Assembly (NCBI GenBank): GCA_951406725.2
Contig: OX597820.1
Span: forward strand, 54,870,001-54,934,000
DNA length: 64,000 bases
Reading direction: 5' to 3'
Source: Octopus vulgaris
Taxonomy: Eukaryota
In this document: in pieces, positions 1 through 14,220 of the stretch
How the letters are laid out: every line of letters begins with the position of its first letter
Position numbering within the stretch: the stretch's first letter is position 1
The notes under the pieces: model-generated
Told to the model about the DNA's origin: nothing
Seen by the model: only the letters and a program-made list of their open reading frames with translations
Databases searched by the model: none
Made by a program: the position numbers and the translations under genes

Positions 1-178
1 ACTGGCACGAAGGCCAGTCAGGCGGTTCTGGTGATGGCCATGCTCAAATGGTGCTTTTTATGTGCCACCTGCACAGGAACCAGTTCAACGGCACTTGGCA
101 ACAACCTCACTCAAATGTTTTTCACATGCCAGTAAGGCGACGCTGGTAACGATCACACTTGAATAGTGCTTTTTATAG
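1..178 (-). mobile_element. RTE LINE 3' UTR fragment with about 3 units of the ~62-bp internal repeat
   Basis: Units GTGCCAC...CCAGT...GGTGCTTTT match 11620-11800 and 20480-20640. Confidence 0.7.
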
Positions 179-2459
179 ATGAGAATATTTGAAAGTGCAT
201 AGAGTGGGATTTGAAAGTACATAACAAATGCTTTCAGCTCAAGATAATTTCTCTGTTTGGATGTATTTTATATTACAAAGAAAAATTCACTTGTGCACAT
301 GTAAGTTCATGCACATTGCTGAAGAGATTTTAATGCATGTGTTGAGAAATTAATATGACTAATGTACATTCTCTCACAACAAATTATTCTATGGTGGATT
401 GTTTGAATGGGACTTGTTACGAAATCGGTTTTAATTTCCAAAGATTTTTCTGCAGATTTATTCATGAGGGATTGTTTATCCAGTATCATATCTACCTCTG
501 GGAACTTGTATTGGAATTCATTGCAGTAATTTTTTTCAAATGATTAATAATTTAAATTTGAATAGACTCCTTTTTGCTTGTCATTTGATTAGACAGAAAT
601 TTAAGTTTTATCTTTAATTTATGCAATGTTTTGTTTTAATTTTGCAAGAAACACTTTGTTGTGGGAATAAATTTATACTATAGCAGATCTTTTCTGATTG
701 GTTTGTTTACTGTTAGTGTAACGCTACTTTTATATGTTTCCTATTTGGAAATGGATAAATATATTTAACTTTTGAAGTAGGGATGTATATTGATAAACCT
801 GTCACTTATACCTTACTTATAAGTGTTATCATTATACGTAAATCCTGACTCCAGTTACATAAATGCCATAGCGAGAAATATATTTTCTGAAACACTAATG
901 GACATTTTATGCGTGCATGTATGTTGAATATAAATAATTTTGTGTTCTTTTAACCACTATAAAAAATACAGTTTCATAATTACAGAAATACATTTCATTA
1001 ATAAGTTGAAGAATGTGAAGAAAGAGAAAATAATTACTGCATTATTTTATTTATGTACATTTAGCATTTTTAATATTAATAATACAATTTGAAGTAAAGT
1101 AATTTTGTTGTAGAGACTTAAAATTTACGCTAACTAATTCTTCATACTAACTATATAGATCTCAACAATTCAAACAAGTCTTGTTGGATTTTTTATAGAC
1201 ATGGCATAAAAAAAAAATAACCAATGTCTCAAAGGAGTGAGTGTTGTGGAGTTTAGTTACATCCCACAAACACTAAATTTTTCCCCCAAATCCAGGGTTT
1301 TTATAACTGCTCAACTTGACTTTAAAGAATTGAAATCACATAAAAATATTCTTTAACTAATTTTCAGAATTCCTATATGAGCAGTTATTTCAACCAATGG
1401 GAAAATGACAATCATAATTCTTTGGCAATATGACATTATGTCATATTGCCAGCTACCACAAATTGGCGGTACTATTTGAAAATGGCTACACGCTACAATT
1501 CCTTTTTCCTGTAGCAGACAAGTTGGCTTCTTCATTAAAAAAATTTTGTATATAGCCAAGTGAGTTCTAGAGTTTACTATTTAGGATTCATCTTCACTGT
1601 TCTCATAGATAAATGATTTCAGTTCTTTCAATTTGAAAACTCTATGGACTACTTTTCCTGCTGACAATAGAAGCATAAAATGACATAAAAATGAGAATCC
1701 ATATCTTGGCAAAGATTTTTCAATATTTGGGTGTTCACAGCCAATGATTTAACATAAATGACCAGCTTCACAAACCCTCTGAAAACTCTGTTCAATATAT
1801 CAGGCAATGTTTTTGATGTCAGTGCCTCCCTGTGAATAAAGTAATAAATTCCAGTGCAAAAGTTCAGTGGGCAGTGTTGCTGTCAGTTTCTCCTGTCAAC
1901 AAATCTGTCATTTTGTGTCTTCAAAGCCATGTGAAATAAGAGCTCCCTTACTAGAAAAACAGGGTATCCAGCTATAAAACAATATCCCAAACAACATATT
2001 TATCTAACATATGCAACTATGGAAAAATGGATATGAAATGAACTGACAAATGAACATATAATTGCTACTGCAACTCAAGAACCTTCCCTTGTTTGTTTGC
2101 TTGGAAAATGAGATGAAGAACAATAAAATCTAAAACGAAAAATGAAGCATGAACAAGCATGCTCAAGTGTTTTTATTGTCCTAAATATGTTCAAATAGAA
2201 TTCTTTCTTATCAGATAAGATTAAAATTTCAATTCCTTGTTTGATCTTAGTAGGTATTTCATTTCTCTGGAGAAAGAGAGAGAGAGAGAGAGAAGAAACA
2301 GTGTCAAGAAAAAAAGCAAAGAAATAAATAAAACAAGTTGTATTTAATGCAAGTTTAGTGTTTCAGAAATGAGAAAGAGGGTGGCTAGCTCTGAAATTAT
2401 ATTAACTGTTAGCTACTGCTGTGCTTATGATTTCACCTGATATATGTTGAGATGACATT

Positions 2460-2682
2460 TAACCCTTTAGTGTTTAAACCAGCCAAATCAGGCCCAAATA
2501 TTCTACCTCATTTTATGTTCAAACCAGCCAGATTTGACCTCTTACACCTCCCCTACAATCTCATTCTGAAAACAGACAATCACATCAAATTTCAAGGCTA
2601 TGAGATAATGCCTGATTAATTCAAAACAAATGGAAATACATAAGCATTACATTTTTCAGAGTAATCTGAATGCTAAAGGGTT
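2460..2682. mobile_element. piggyBac-like MITE
   Basis: Ends TTAACCCTTTAG ... CTAAAGGGTT. Homologous copies at about 18975-19190, 22643-23237 and 45585-45797. Confidence 0.65.
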
Positions 2683-5600
2683 TTATCTTTTTGTGTTTTT
2701 TGTTCCTAAATAAAGTGTCACTTTGTCTACAGTATCTTGTGCTTGAATAAAGTAGTTTGTACTCCCCTGGAAATTAGATTAACATTGTTAATTTTGTATA
2801 TGTTGTATAGGAAAGTAAGATTTGATTTAAAAAGATAATGACCGCACTAAAAAAGTAGGCTTAATGTGAACTTGATTTTTAATTTCACCAAAGTTGCTAT
2901 GGAGATAAGTAAATATTTTACTTTTCAAAAAACAAAAAAGAAAAGAAAAGAAAAAGAAAGTAAAAAGATAACAAGATTAGAATGGAGAGGAAGGGCAGAG
3001 CTTATAACCTTTTTATATTTTCCTAGATTTCATGCAAGATTAAAGATTGTTGTGTGTGGTTAACTTGGTTGATTTTTTTTTAGTTGAAATTATTGCATAT
3101 TAGAGATTGATGGGGAAAAGTGGAAGTAGAACTGGATAAAGTACTTATTTTGGTTTGTAGAAGATAGAGAAAAGAATTAGACAGATTTATAGTTTCCTGA
3201 TAGATGTATTTGTTTACATAATAGATGGTACTTAATTTCCTCTTCAGAAGAAGAATGGCTGTTGTAGTTATAGTAGAAGAGAGAGAGAGAATACAATCGA
3301 ATAGTTGTAAGGAGCTGATGAGTGAGAGCTTGTATGTCAAGATGACGGCTTTTTTAATGTGATTTAGGATTTTTGTGTAATATGTACTTAAGAGAGTACT
3401 TAAGAAAAGGACACAAATGGACATTGTAAGTAGTTATTGAGGGTTAAACTTGATTTCCAACTGTCTCAAATAGCCATGTCTTTCTGAGATATTTTAATTT
3501 AAACAGAGATGGATTAAAATAATTGTCCAGAAGGAAATATATTTAAACCCTAACTTGAGCTCAACTAGCACACATCTTGAGGGAAGTTGGTTCTTAGTTG
3601 AGCTAAAAATGTTACTAATTGTTTTATCATCTCAGTTCTTGTCTCTTACTGTTGATCCATTTCAACCTAAGATAACCAAAATATATTGTTTTTTTTGTTT
3701 GCAATAAAAATGTTTCAAAACACAACTCACATACACATATTCAATCTTGCTTTGTTGTATAAATTTCCTGCTGTATAATTTAACTAATGTAGTTCATCAG
3801 ATATGATAAGCCTGATTACAAGGTAGATATAAAATTATATTTATATATGATGACAGCAAAGTATGTATTAAAAAATGTCAATGTTTTTTTAAATTTTTTT
3901 TTTTTACCATAACTTTTCCATGCCTGCATGTATGGGGTGGATTTTGTTGCCTGGGGATTCATTGCAGAGTCAAAAATAGTAAGGTTTGAACTTGTGACCA
4001 TGTTGCCAATAGGGTACTTTTATCTCATACTTGTTCATTGTGATTATCATTTTGATTATCATCATTCATTTTCCACTTTTCTGTATTGGTATATGTCTCT
4101 ATATTCTAGATTACTTATGGCTGTTCTTTCATATTTTAGATACAAAAGAAGTGAAAGTGCCAATGTTGTTTATTTAAATTTTTATTATTTTAATTGAACA
4201 AAAGTGTGACTTATAGTGGTGGTGGAGCCATGCCTTACTAATGCCACAGCCAAGTTGTTGCAATCAGTAAAAGAATAGGTTAAATTAATACACTTGTAAA
4301 ACAGGTTAGAACAAAGTAGTTGTCCATAGCCTTTGAGAGAACTTGTGTTAATATACTAGAAATAGAGCTAAGTCTGTCAATAGACCTACCATTTCCTCAT
4401 AACAAATCAAGTCGTGAACTGATTATTTCTCTCAAAATACACTCCAACATTGTTAAACAAAGACAAGTCTGAGAAAAAAAAAAGCAAGACAAAAACAACA
4501 CAAAAAAAAACTGACCAGATGGTCACAACTGGAAGAATGTCTTTAATATAATTCTACTTAGGCAGGACAAAATAACAATATAAATACATCACTTTATACA
4601 TTACTAGCATTGCCATTACACTGAAGACTGAGTGTTTGGATTTGGTTTTGCTGCATTCTTAATAGAATTTAATACTTCTGCAGGTAAAAAGTAAAAAAAG
4701 AAAGCCACCATCATTTTAACATTCAATTTTCCATGCTTGCATGGGTAGCACTGAATCTATTGAGGCAGATTTTCTACATCCAGGTGCTCTTCCTGTCACA
4801 ACCCTCACCTGTTTCCAAGTAAGGTTATATTTCCCTATGGTCAAATACGTTTTCATGGAAGATTGGAAACAAAGGAGACTGCTTGCATAACAACGACACT
4901 TGCTTACAACTATCACACGATATCCAGACATGGAGACAGGAACACACATGGACAAACACACACATAGTTTCCTTCTAGCAAATTGGCTCACAAGGCTTTT
5001 GTGTGCTAGGGGCGATAGTAGAAGACACTTGTCTGGAAGTTGACTTCTTAGCACACAGCCATGCCTATGCCATGTGGTTAATAATTTTTCCTTAGCAAAC
5101 ATATTGTTTCATGTTCAGTTCAACAACCTGGCACCTACACTTATGCTATCATTGTGAATTTAGAAAATGAAGTCATGGAGAGTAGTGAGTTTAATTAATG
5201 TAAAGTGTGTCTTATAACCCATTGGGTTACAGTAGCACCACTGAGGACTTTGTCTTCATTTATCAAGGTAAGATGCCTTGGTTATTATTGTTGCTAGACC
5301 TCAAGTAAATACTGATCAACAGACAGACCCATGTTTTTGGATCAAGAAACCTATGATCAAGAGTGTTTTGGCCATGAAATTCAGATCTAATTGGATAAGT
5401 TGGTATTGATCAAATGCGTTTCTGTATGACAATTTTCTATTTTCGTATCTAGGGCTATGTTGTACAATGTGTTCCTTCTTTTAAGTAATGTGTGATTTGA
5501 GAGAGATTTGCCTGCTATTGCTAGCTGGGCTAGTGACTGCATAGTGGTTACTTTGTTGAATTGAGGTTGGCTTGGTGGAAACTGTTGTTCTACAGGTTAT

Positions 5601-6659
5601 GCCCTGCAGGTGGAATTGAACTCAGTGCTGCTTGAAGTTAACAATTCAATTTTACTGTTTAAAGTGTTACAAGTGCTTATAGTAATGGGGTATTATTAAC
5701 TTTGTGGTACCTAGTTGCAACTAAGTGAACTGAGCTATTTGAATGTTGTGTCAATGTCAGAGTATGAATTGCTGACCTCTTCGCTATTTGACTGGTAATC
5801 TATCAACTAAGTCTTCCTCACACCCACACTAATACATATGGTGTTGTGCAGTGAAGTATAACTGTCTTATTGTGTACACGAATTCTTTTCAGAGCTCATA
5901 GAATATATTGCTTGGCTTAGAACGCAGTGTTGGTGGATGGATATATCTAGAAAAGAAAACCAATAGGGTTCCAATAACACGACTCTGGAAGTAAATGCTC
6001 AAACGAAAACTTTTTACAAGTTCATTTAGAACAACAAAATGTAATTAAATACCTAATCTCGCTATTCTAAAGGGAGATAACTGAAATATTTTAATATTTT
6101 ATGAGTTATCTCTCTTACAGTAAACAAGTACTTGGAATTAACATTCATGTCTTTATAAGTCCTGTGAAATTTAACTACGTTGTAAGAACACAGGTCTTTT
6201 CAGTAGCTTGGAATAAGGATCGAACTAAACTGTTTCATTGTTATTTAACAGCACATCGGGATTCGCTGACTTCATTTTCAAGATGCCGAGTTGAAGTAGC
6301 AGAAGTCTGTTTATAAACAAAATTGTGCCAGACATTTACACAAAGATACCCGTCGTCTTTCAATATATCTATTCACCCTTAGTTTTAGTTTAGTAATTTA
6401 TGAATGGAATTTGATGGGATTACTAGAAGCTCTATAATCTCTTTTTCACCCTTGTTATTAATATATATTAATGTTATTATTTCTCTGTTTAATTAACCCT
6501 CCTCTCTGAAAGTGATGAAAATTAAATGTGTGATTTTGAGTGAGATTTGCCTGCTATTTCTAGCAGATAAGTGCTATGATTTTCTTTACATTCATTTATG
6601 GTCACAGATTTTTTTTATGCTGTGGATATTTTTCATTTGGGTTGATATTAATAGATTCT

Positions 6660-7520
6660 GAGTGTTTAACTCTATTGAACACAGTGCCTCAATTATTCTG
6701 TACTTGGTCCTACCTTTTTCCCTCCTTTTCTCTGATGACTTTCCAAATCATATTTCTAAACTTGCCATCTATGCTGATGACACTGCTGTTTACTCCTGTC
6801 ATGGCAAAATTAGTCACCTTGAACAAGTTGCCTTACTTGAGGGTGGACTTTATTTAGTTGTGGAGTGAGGTTGGTGACTGGCTGGTAGCTTTTAATGTTG
6901 GCAAGACAAACCCCTTGTTAATTAATTGTTATAGGCAGTCATTGCTTTATATCATTGCTATGAGTGGGATTGATCTTTCAGAAAGCTACAGTATCCAACT
7001 TCTTGATTTGAGTTCGACTTTGGCTATGGTTTTCTCTTAGAAAAAAATTATTCAGGGTATTGCCATTTTGGTTACCAAGAAGGTTGGATCTTCAGCGCTC
7101 ACAAACTTCTTAGTTGAGAGTATCTTGTATCTCTGTAAGGCCACATTCAACTTGGTATTGAATATTGCTGTAATTTTTGTGCTGGTATCTCATCTGAGTG
7201 TCTTAACTTGCTTAATCACGTTCAGAACTGAATTATTAACACAGCACATCCTCTTTTTTGTATTAGGCTGGAGTCCTTTCACTCATTTTTGAAATGTATA
7301 AGTATTTCCATTTAAGTAGTCATTGTTCTGTTGAACCTTTTGTTAAGGCCATTAAACATGTTATCTGCTTCCATTCTCAAGCACATTGTTTCCCAGTCAA
7401 GTTTCCTGAGTCATGTCCTTTTATCCTGATAGCTTTTTTCCTTCCGCTGCTGCTCACTGGAACTCACTTCCAACATCTTGTTTTCCTCTGATCTATGATG
7501 TCTAATCCTTTAAGTTTTTT
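6660..7520 (+). mobile_element. Degraded non-LTR retrotransposon ORF2 (RT and C-terminus; CR1/L2/Jockey group)
   Basis: LAIYADDTAVYS (RT YADD motif), WLVAFNVGKT and YCC-type downstream motifs, with frameshifts. Confidence 0.75.
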
Positions 7521-8099
7521 GTCAGTTGATATTGTTTGAATTTGAAGGCCTCTTCTTTTCCTTTTTTGTAGTCACATTACAGTGGCCTTGAGCACACAAA
7601 TGGATGGAATGAACAGAGGCAATGTAGGGTAGAGCAGATTCTTTGAAAAACTTTTCTAGTGCTGGTAGTACAATACATCTAATGAATGTTGTAAAGTGGT
7701 TGGTGAGAGGAAAGACATACATTATAAAATTAGACTAAAAACCAAAACAATGATATACACAATAGAATTGGCTGGTTTAACCCTATTTTTGTGTGCCAGG
7801 TGATGAAGGCCCCCTATAAGAAGTGAGATGAAAGACTGTAGCAGGTGGTGAGATGGAAAATTATGCTAGTATTGGAAAATTGAAAATAAAATGATTATTA
7901 GATTAGTCCATGAAATACAACTATGTGTTTATCCATCATCATCATAATTTTTACATGCTAGACAGACAGGATTGAACAGGTTAGGTCAGAAGATCTCATT
8001 TTGTTCAACATATTGTTGGGTCTGCTGGTATCTACTTTGCTTTTCATCCTTTTCAGGTCAGTAAAATAAAGTGCCAGTCAATACTGAGGTTGATAGTAT

Positions 8100-8590
8100 T
8101 GTTAGTAAGATGGTTAATAATTTTATGGGTGTCTGCCAAGTCAGCTGCCAGACATTGGAGTTTCAATGTATCCACGCTCAGGGAAGTAAGGTGTTCAGAA
8201 TATGGCAAATGCCTGATGGAGAGTATTCTCTTGGTTGCACGTCACTGAACAGTTTCTAGATGAATAATATCCTGGGCAAGATAGGGGTTCCAGACTGGTG
8301 ATGCAAATTCCAGGTGTGGCTGCACCATAGCTGTATGAAGCTTCAGATAGATAGCCAGAGAGCGGCTCACAAAGGACATGGTAAGTGATGCCAAGACACC
8401 CTCAGCCTTCTTGGCAGTTTTAACAATGTGTTTTGTCCAATGCAAATCGCTGTTGACAATAACGCCCAGGTCACATTCAAAAGAGGACTTTTTGAGATAG
8501 TGTTGTGGAGGGAGTAAGTAGAAGCTGGGTTTTTTACTCTCAAAATGCATGGTGGTACATTTGTCCACAGCCAGCTTGAGTTGCCAGTAC
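8100..8590 (-). mobile_element. CR1 LINE ORF2 C-terminal remnant
   Basis: ECDLGVIVNSDLHWTKH...PHLEFASPVWNPYLAQDIIHLETVQ, typical of the CR1 post-RT region. Confidence 0.85.
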
Positions 8591-8809
8591 TTTTCTCCTA
8601 CCTCATTAATTATTCCTCTTACTTTCTCATTGTTCTTTTCCCTCTTTCTCACTCTCTAATTTTTGTTTATCTTCCTCTTTCTTTCTCACATTCTCTTTCT
8701 CTCTCCCCATGCATTTTGTTGCATCTAATAGTGATTAAAACAACACTTCAACATATGGCTCATAGTTGATAACAAGAAAACAAAAACAAAATAATAAATT
8801 AAATCACAG

Positions 8810-8841
<32 letters not shown>

Positions 8842-10864
8842 AGTAGTAGTAGTAGTAGTAAGAGGAGGAGGAGGAGGAGGAAACTGTTGTAGCTAGTGGT
8901 GGTGATGTTTTTAACCCTAGATCAATCCTGATTGAGCAGATGTATCATCAAAGACATTTCAACAATGGTACTTCCAGTTTTATGTGTACCTCTAGAGGTA
9001 CATTGACTAATATGCCCTTCACCTTCATGGGTATTTTGCTGTAATTTCTAGTAGGTTAAGTGACTGCATAGAAGCTTTATCATTAGTTCAGTGGTTGTGA
9101 ATATGAAGGTGATGGTGGGTTTGGAGGTAGTTAATAATAATAGTGATGGTGATGGTGGTGGTGGTGGTGGTGGTGATAAGGTCAAGGATCTTTATTTCAA
9201 CTGATTTCAGAGGTCATATTTTTTTAAAATTACATTTCTGACATTGACATTGCATGTGTGTGTATGTATGTGTACATGCATGTGCATATCTGTTCATGTG
9301 AATGTGACAAATGCTGATAATTTATGGGGATGTGGGTGAGTGCAGAACAAAACTTGTACAACAAACTAAAATCATAACAAGGAAAAAAAAAACAATATCA
9401 CTCCCACCACCATCACCATTATGACTTACACCTCACCCCAGCATACAATGAAAAGGAAGTAAAGTCCATTGTAGTTATTTATTTACCATTAAACCAGTGA
9501 ATGGTGTAGTATTGTTTTGCCATTTATTAAAATTGTATGTCTATCTATCTATCGTGTATATACTTACTGCATAAAGAGAAATGTCTTCGTTTTTTCTCAA
9601 CATTTGGGAGAATGTAAACAGAAATTCGTTTTCTGAAGCTGATCAAGATCATCCACTGATATTGTCTACATATGCAGGTATGTAAAAATCTAAAACAATT
9701 GAAATGTTGCTGCTGCTGCTGCTGCTGTTGTTGTTTAGTCACAGGTCAATTCTAATTGAACAGATTTATAATCAAAGCCTCGACCAGCCTGTCGTTTTGT
9801 GCATCAAGGAATATAATGTTCAAAGTGTCCTTTTATCTTTAAAACAATAGGATCTGATTGGAGGGAGATTTAGCTGCGACTTTGTGCAGGTAAAGCAACT
9901 GCATCGAAGCTTTGTTATTGGCTTGGTCTTATTCTGTGAGAACAGGCAGTTTTCAACAATAGTGCAAATCACCACTATTCTACATAAATTCTAGTTATTA
10001 TATTTGGCATGCATCTCTTATTTCTTATTACTGAATTTTGTAGCAATCTCTTTCTCTCACATATGCATTACATTTGATATTTCAGTTGACATCTCTCACT
10101 TGCAATATTTTTTTTTTGTGTTATGTCCTTGTATAAAAAGAATAGCAAATGTCAATAAAAACTTTCTAGTTGAAACTATGTCATGTGTTCAAACAGGAAG
10201 ATAATGAAAGTCATTTAATTACAAAGTAGAGTGATAAAATTATGTTTATACATGTTTTGTCTTTGATAAGCTCTAGTCATTACTACAGTCCCACTGTAGT
10301 GTGGATTATAAATAATTATAATGAATCATCTCTATATATACTTTGTCCCCCTCTGAAATTAAACTCATAGAAGTGACATGTTTTGAACAGCTTTAGGGGA
10401 AGATTGTAACAACCAGTGGTGTTATTTAACAACTGATAGAGTTTCACATATCTCCCCCTTCCAAAATGCTGAAATAGCCTTCATTCCCTTATCTTGAAGA
10501 AGGGCCAAGCAAATTCTGATGAGATTTTCTCATCTCAGTCTACCAAAAAGACCTTCACAGACCTAATTTCAAAGTGAAATATGATGGGTATAACTCAATT
10601 GATTCGTTTTGCACCGAAACATGGCAGCCACCAGTGTGAAAATAACTTCAATTCGGAGAAAATAATTGAGGGAAAAATATTTGTGAAGATATTATTGACT
10701 CTATTATTATCTAGTGTAACAATTAAAAATGATAATAACAGAATCAATTATATAGGTGATTGCAGGCCCAAAATGCATTAAATAGTTGAAGGATTAAAAT
10801 TAATCAAAGGACATACTATGTATGTCCACCTGCTGGAAATAACAGTCAAAACTCTTATTTAAAT

Positions 10865-11160
10865 GACCAAAGCCTGTGAGTGGATTTGTTAGTTGGAAAC
10901 TGGAAGAAGCTCATTGTATATATATATATAATTATGTATTTGTGTATGTTTGTGTTTGTCCCCCTCCCCCTGCTATCATTTGACAACCGATGCTGGTGTG
11001 TTTATGTCCATATGACTTAGTGGTTTAGCAAAGGAGGCCAATAGCATAAGTACTAGGCTTACAAAGATTAAGTTGAGGGGTTGATTTCTTTGACTGGCAC
11101 CCTTGAAGGTGGTTCTCCAGCATGGCCAAAGTCAAATAACTGAAACGAATAAAAGAATAG
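10865..11160 (+). mobile_element. tRNA-derived SINE (octopus OR-type), 5'-truncated
   Basis: Matches the body and tail of the full copy at 62733-63143. Confidence 0.7.
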
Positions 11161-11198
<38 letters not shown>

Positions 11199-11446
11199 CC
11201 AAGTAGATGTCAACACTCATCAACAAGGAAACTATTGAAGTGCTATAACTTAACAACAATCTCAACCTACTTCTGATACAAATTTTGGAGCCTATGCGGA
11301 TGTAAAAACAATTCTAGTTATTATTAGAGCCACTGTATGGATTTCAAGTGATACATTCATGGCAATAGTGTCAATTAACAATCTCTCCCTCCAGATTTAA
11401 TTATTACTGTAGCATAATAACACCAGCTCAGATATGGTTAGGTATA

Positions 11447-11800
11447 TCATCATCATAATCATCATTGTTTAACGTCTGCTTTCCATGCTAGCATGGGTTG
11501 AACGATTGACTGAGGACAGGTGAACCAGTTGGCTGCACCAAGCTCCAATCAGATCTGGCAAAGTTTCTACAGTTGGATGCCCTTCCCAACGCCAACCACT
11601 CCGAGAGTGTAGTGGGTGCTTTTACTTGCCACCGCCACGAGGGCCAGTGAGGCGGTATTGGCAATGACCATGCTCAAATGGTGTTTTTTACATGCCACCT
11701 GCACAGGAGCCAGTCCAGCGGCACTGGCAACGACCTTGCTCGAATGTTTTTTCATGTGCTACTGGCACAAGTGCCAGTAAGGCAACGCTGGTAACGATCA
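11447..11800 (-). mobile_element. RTE LINE 3' end ((CAT)n tail plus 3' UTR with about 3 repeat units)
   Basis: CATCAT...TTTAACGTCTGCTTTCCATGCTAGCATGGGTTG...GGATGCCCTTCC; the same tail is attached to RTE ORF2 at 20305 and 35585. Confidence 0.75.
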
Positions 11801-11947
11801 ATATATATATATATATGAAGGGTCATTCTTTATGTTGTTTGTCTTGTTTTGCATTTGTGTTTTTCGTAAAAAAAATAGTTCATATTCCATGTACTCGTAC
11901 TTTGTATTTTTTGTTGTACACATTTCGTGACGTCATGTGCCCACATA

Positions 11948-11995
<48 letters not shown>

Positions 11996-12249
11996 TGTAA
12001 GTATGTACATATACGTTTGTTTTTATATATATATTATTTATATATATATATATTCACATACACACATACATACATACATATATATATCCTTTTATCCTTT
12101 TACTTGTTTCAGTCATTTGACTGTGGCCATGCTGGAGCATTGCCTTTAGTCAAACAAATCAACCCCAGAACTTATTCTTTGTAAGCCTAATACTTATTCT
12201 ATTGGTCTCTTTTGCTAAACTGCTAAGTAATGGGGACGTAAACACACCA

Positions 12250-12870
12250 ACGGGTAAGTCAGTTACATTGGCTTCAGTGCTCAACAATATTTATTTTATC
12301 AACCCTGAAACGACAAAATGCAAAGTCGACTTCATCATAATTTGAACTCAGAATGTAAGGCATTTTGTTCAGTGTATTAACAATTCTGCCAGCTCACCAC
12401 CTTGTAATTATTATTATTAATATTAATGATAGGTGAAAGGCATTGAGCTGTCAGAATCGTTAGCATGCTGGGCGAAGTGCTTAGTGGCATTTAATCCCTC
12501 TTTACATTCTGAGTTCAAATTACAGTTAGGTTGACTTTGCCTTTCATCCTTTCAGGATTGTTAAAATAAGTACCAGTTGAGTACTGGGGTTGATGTAATC
12601 AACTTCCTCCTTCCCCTGAACCTCTGGCCTTGTGCTAAAATTTGAAGTCAGTATTAAATGTAGGTAAAGTGACTAGGTGGTAGGATCATTACCGTGCCAG
12701 CTGAAATGCTTAGTGGCATTTCTTCTGACTTTATGTTCTGAGATCAAATGCTGTTGGGGTCGACTTTGCCTTTCATCTTTTCACTTGATACAATAAGTAC
12801 TGGGATTGATGTAATTGACTTGTCCCCTCCCCTGAAATAAATGCCCTTGTGTAAAATTTGAAACCAATAT
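12250..12870. mobile_element. Cluster of Nin-domain-type tRNA SINE copies (one on - strand, two on +)
   Basis: TTCTGAGTTCAAAT...GACTTTGCCTTTCATCCTTTC...AAGTAC motif repeated. Confidence 0.7.
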
Positions 12871-13249
12871 TAAATGTAGGTTGTGTTGTTGCAGAAATGG
12901 TTGAATGTTGGTCTAAATTCTTTATATTACTTAGTTTTAGTTCCTTGCTTTTTGAGTTCAAATCCCACTTTCTTTCATTTGTCCAGAATCAGTAAACTAA
13001 GTAGTACACATTCTGTAGTGAATTAACTATACCTTTGTCTAGTGTATGTAGAACATTGGGCTAATGTAAAAAAAAAAATCATAAAAATTATTATTATAAT
13101 TTCAGTACTCCAGGTGTTGCAAGAAAGAGTTGAAAAACCTTTTCTCTTACCCTCATGGCAGAAGTAGAACCAGTTCAGGATAAACTGTAGAGCTGTGGCA
13201 GGACACCTATGGTCCAACAGAGTTAAGAAGACCATTTAACATGCAATTT

Positions 13250-14220
13250 ACTTAGCTAGTTCCAAGTGTTTTGATTTGGAGTAAGGCTGAACAATTGCCC
13301 TCTTGTGTGACAGACTGTCAGTTGTGTAGCACTATGGTTACTGAGGTCTTACCCTCATAGACTTCACCTCTGCCATTGTGGCTTTCCTGTAAGACCACTA
13401 TTGTTGCATATATTGACAGGGGTCTCCTTAATTGACACTCTCTGCTCTGGTCTGATCAAAGATTCGGTTGTGTGATCCATGCTCATTCTTTTGTATATTA
13501 ACAACACATTTACTGTCATTTCTGATAATACACATTCTACAGCTAATGCTGTTATTTAATACTTTTTATCCTTTTACACAAGTGTAATCCATTTGTAACT
13601 TAGATACCACATGCCAGACCTGCACTGCCTCCTGTAAAAGAGACATTATTTAATATAAATGTGACAAACTTGTCTTTTATAGCATATAGACATAATCACT
13701 ACAGTTATCAAAAGAACATTCATGTACTTTATCTACTTTACTCATAAATGATTTGCAGTTTAAACTGAAGTCATGATAGGCCTCTATGTCCACAGTGACT
13801 TCATATATATATTATTGCCAAAACTACAAACCACAAACCTAAGTCTAGGTTTTCTTTTTGAGTAGAAAATATTTTAGCTCTGATTAAATGTTGACCTATA
13901 AAATTTAAGTAAGACCAACATTGTAGTAATGCTCAGACATTTGTTGTTAAGCTAATACTACATGCAAAAAAACATCCTAGATTGCATCCAAAAGAAGACT
14001 ATTTTGACTTATTGACAGTGATCTACTCTGCAGTACATTCAAACCAGTAGCTTACAAATGCACTATCTTTCTACCACTATTACAACAAACTTCTATGAAT
14101 TTGCTAGTTACGTATCTGTTCTGCCCAAGCCCAATGAATTCAACTTATTTTTTTTCATGTCACTCTGCTACTTTATCTCCATGACTCAACCACTCTGCCC
14201 AATTCTTTCTTAGAATTGCA
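13250..14220 (+). mobile_element. Highly degraded LINE ORF2 remnant (CR1/L2/Jockey group)
   Basis: Decayed equivalents of SGVPQGSV..LFLLYIND and LGFLFR.RKYFS..L..YK..VRP.LEYCS.IW; similar to 19430-20060 and 50380-51900. Confidence 0.55.

Noticed and set aside
3080-3430. 114-aa ORF or possible LINE C-terminal remnant
   Set aside because: Too degraded to assign; no diagnostic motif.
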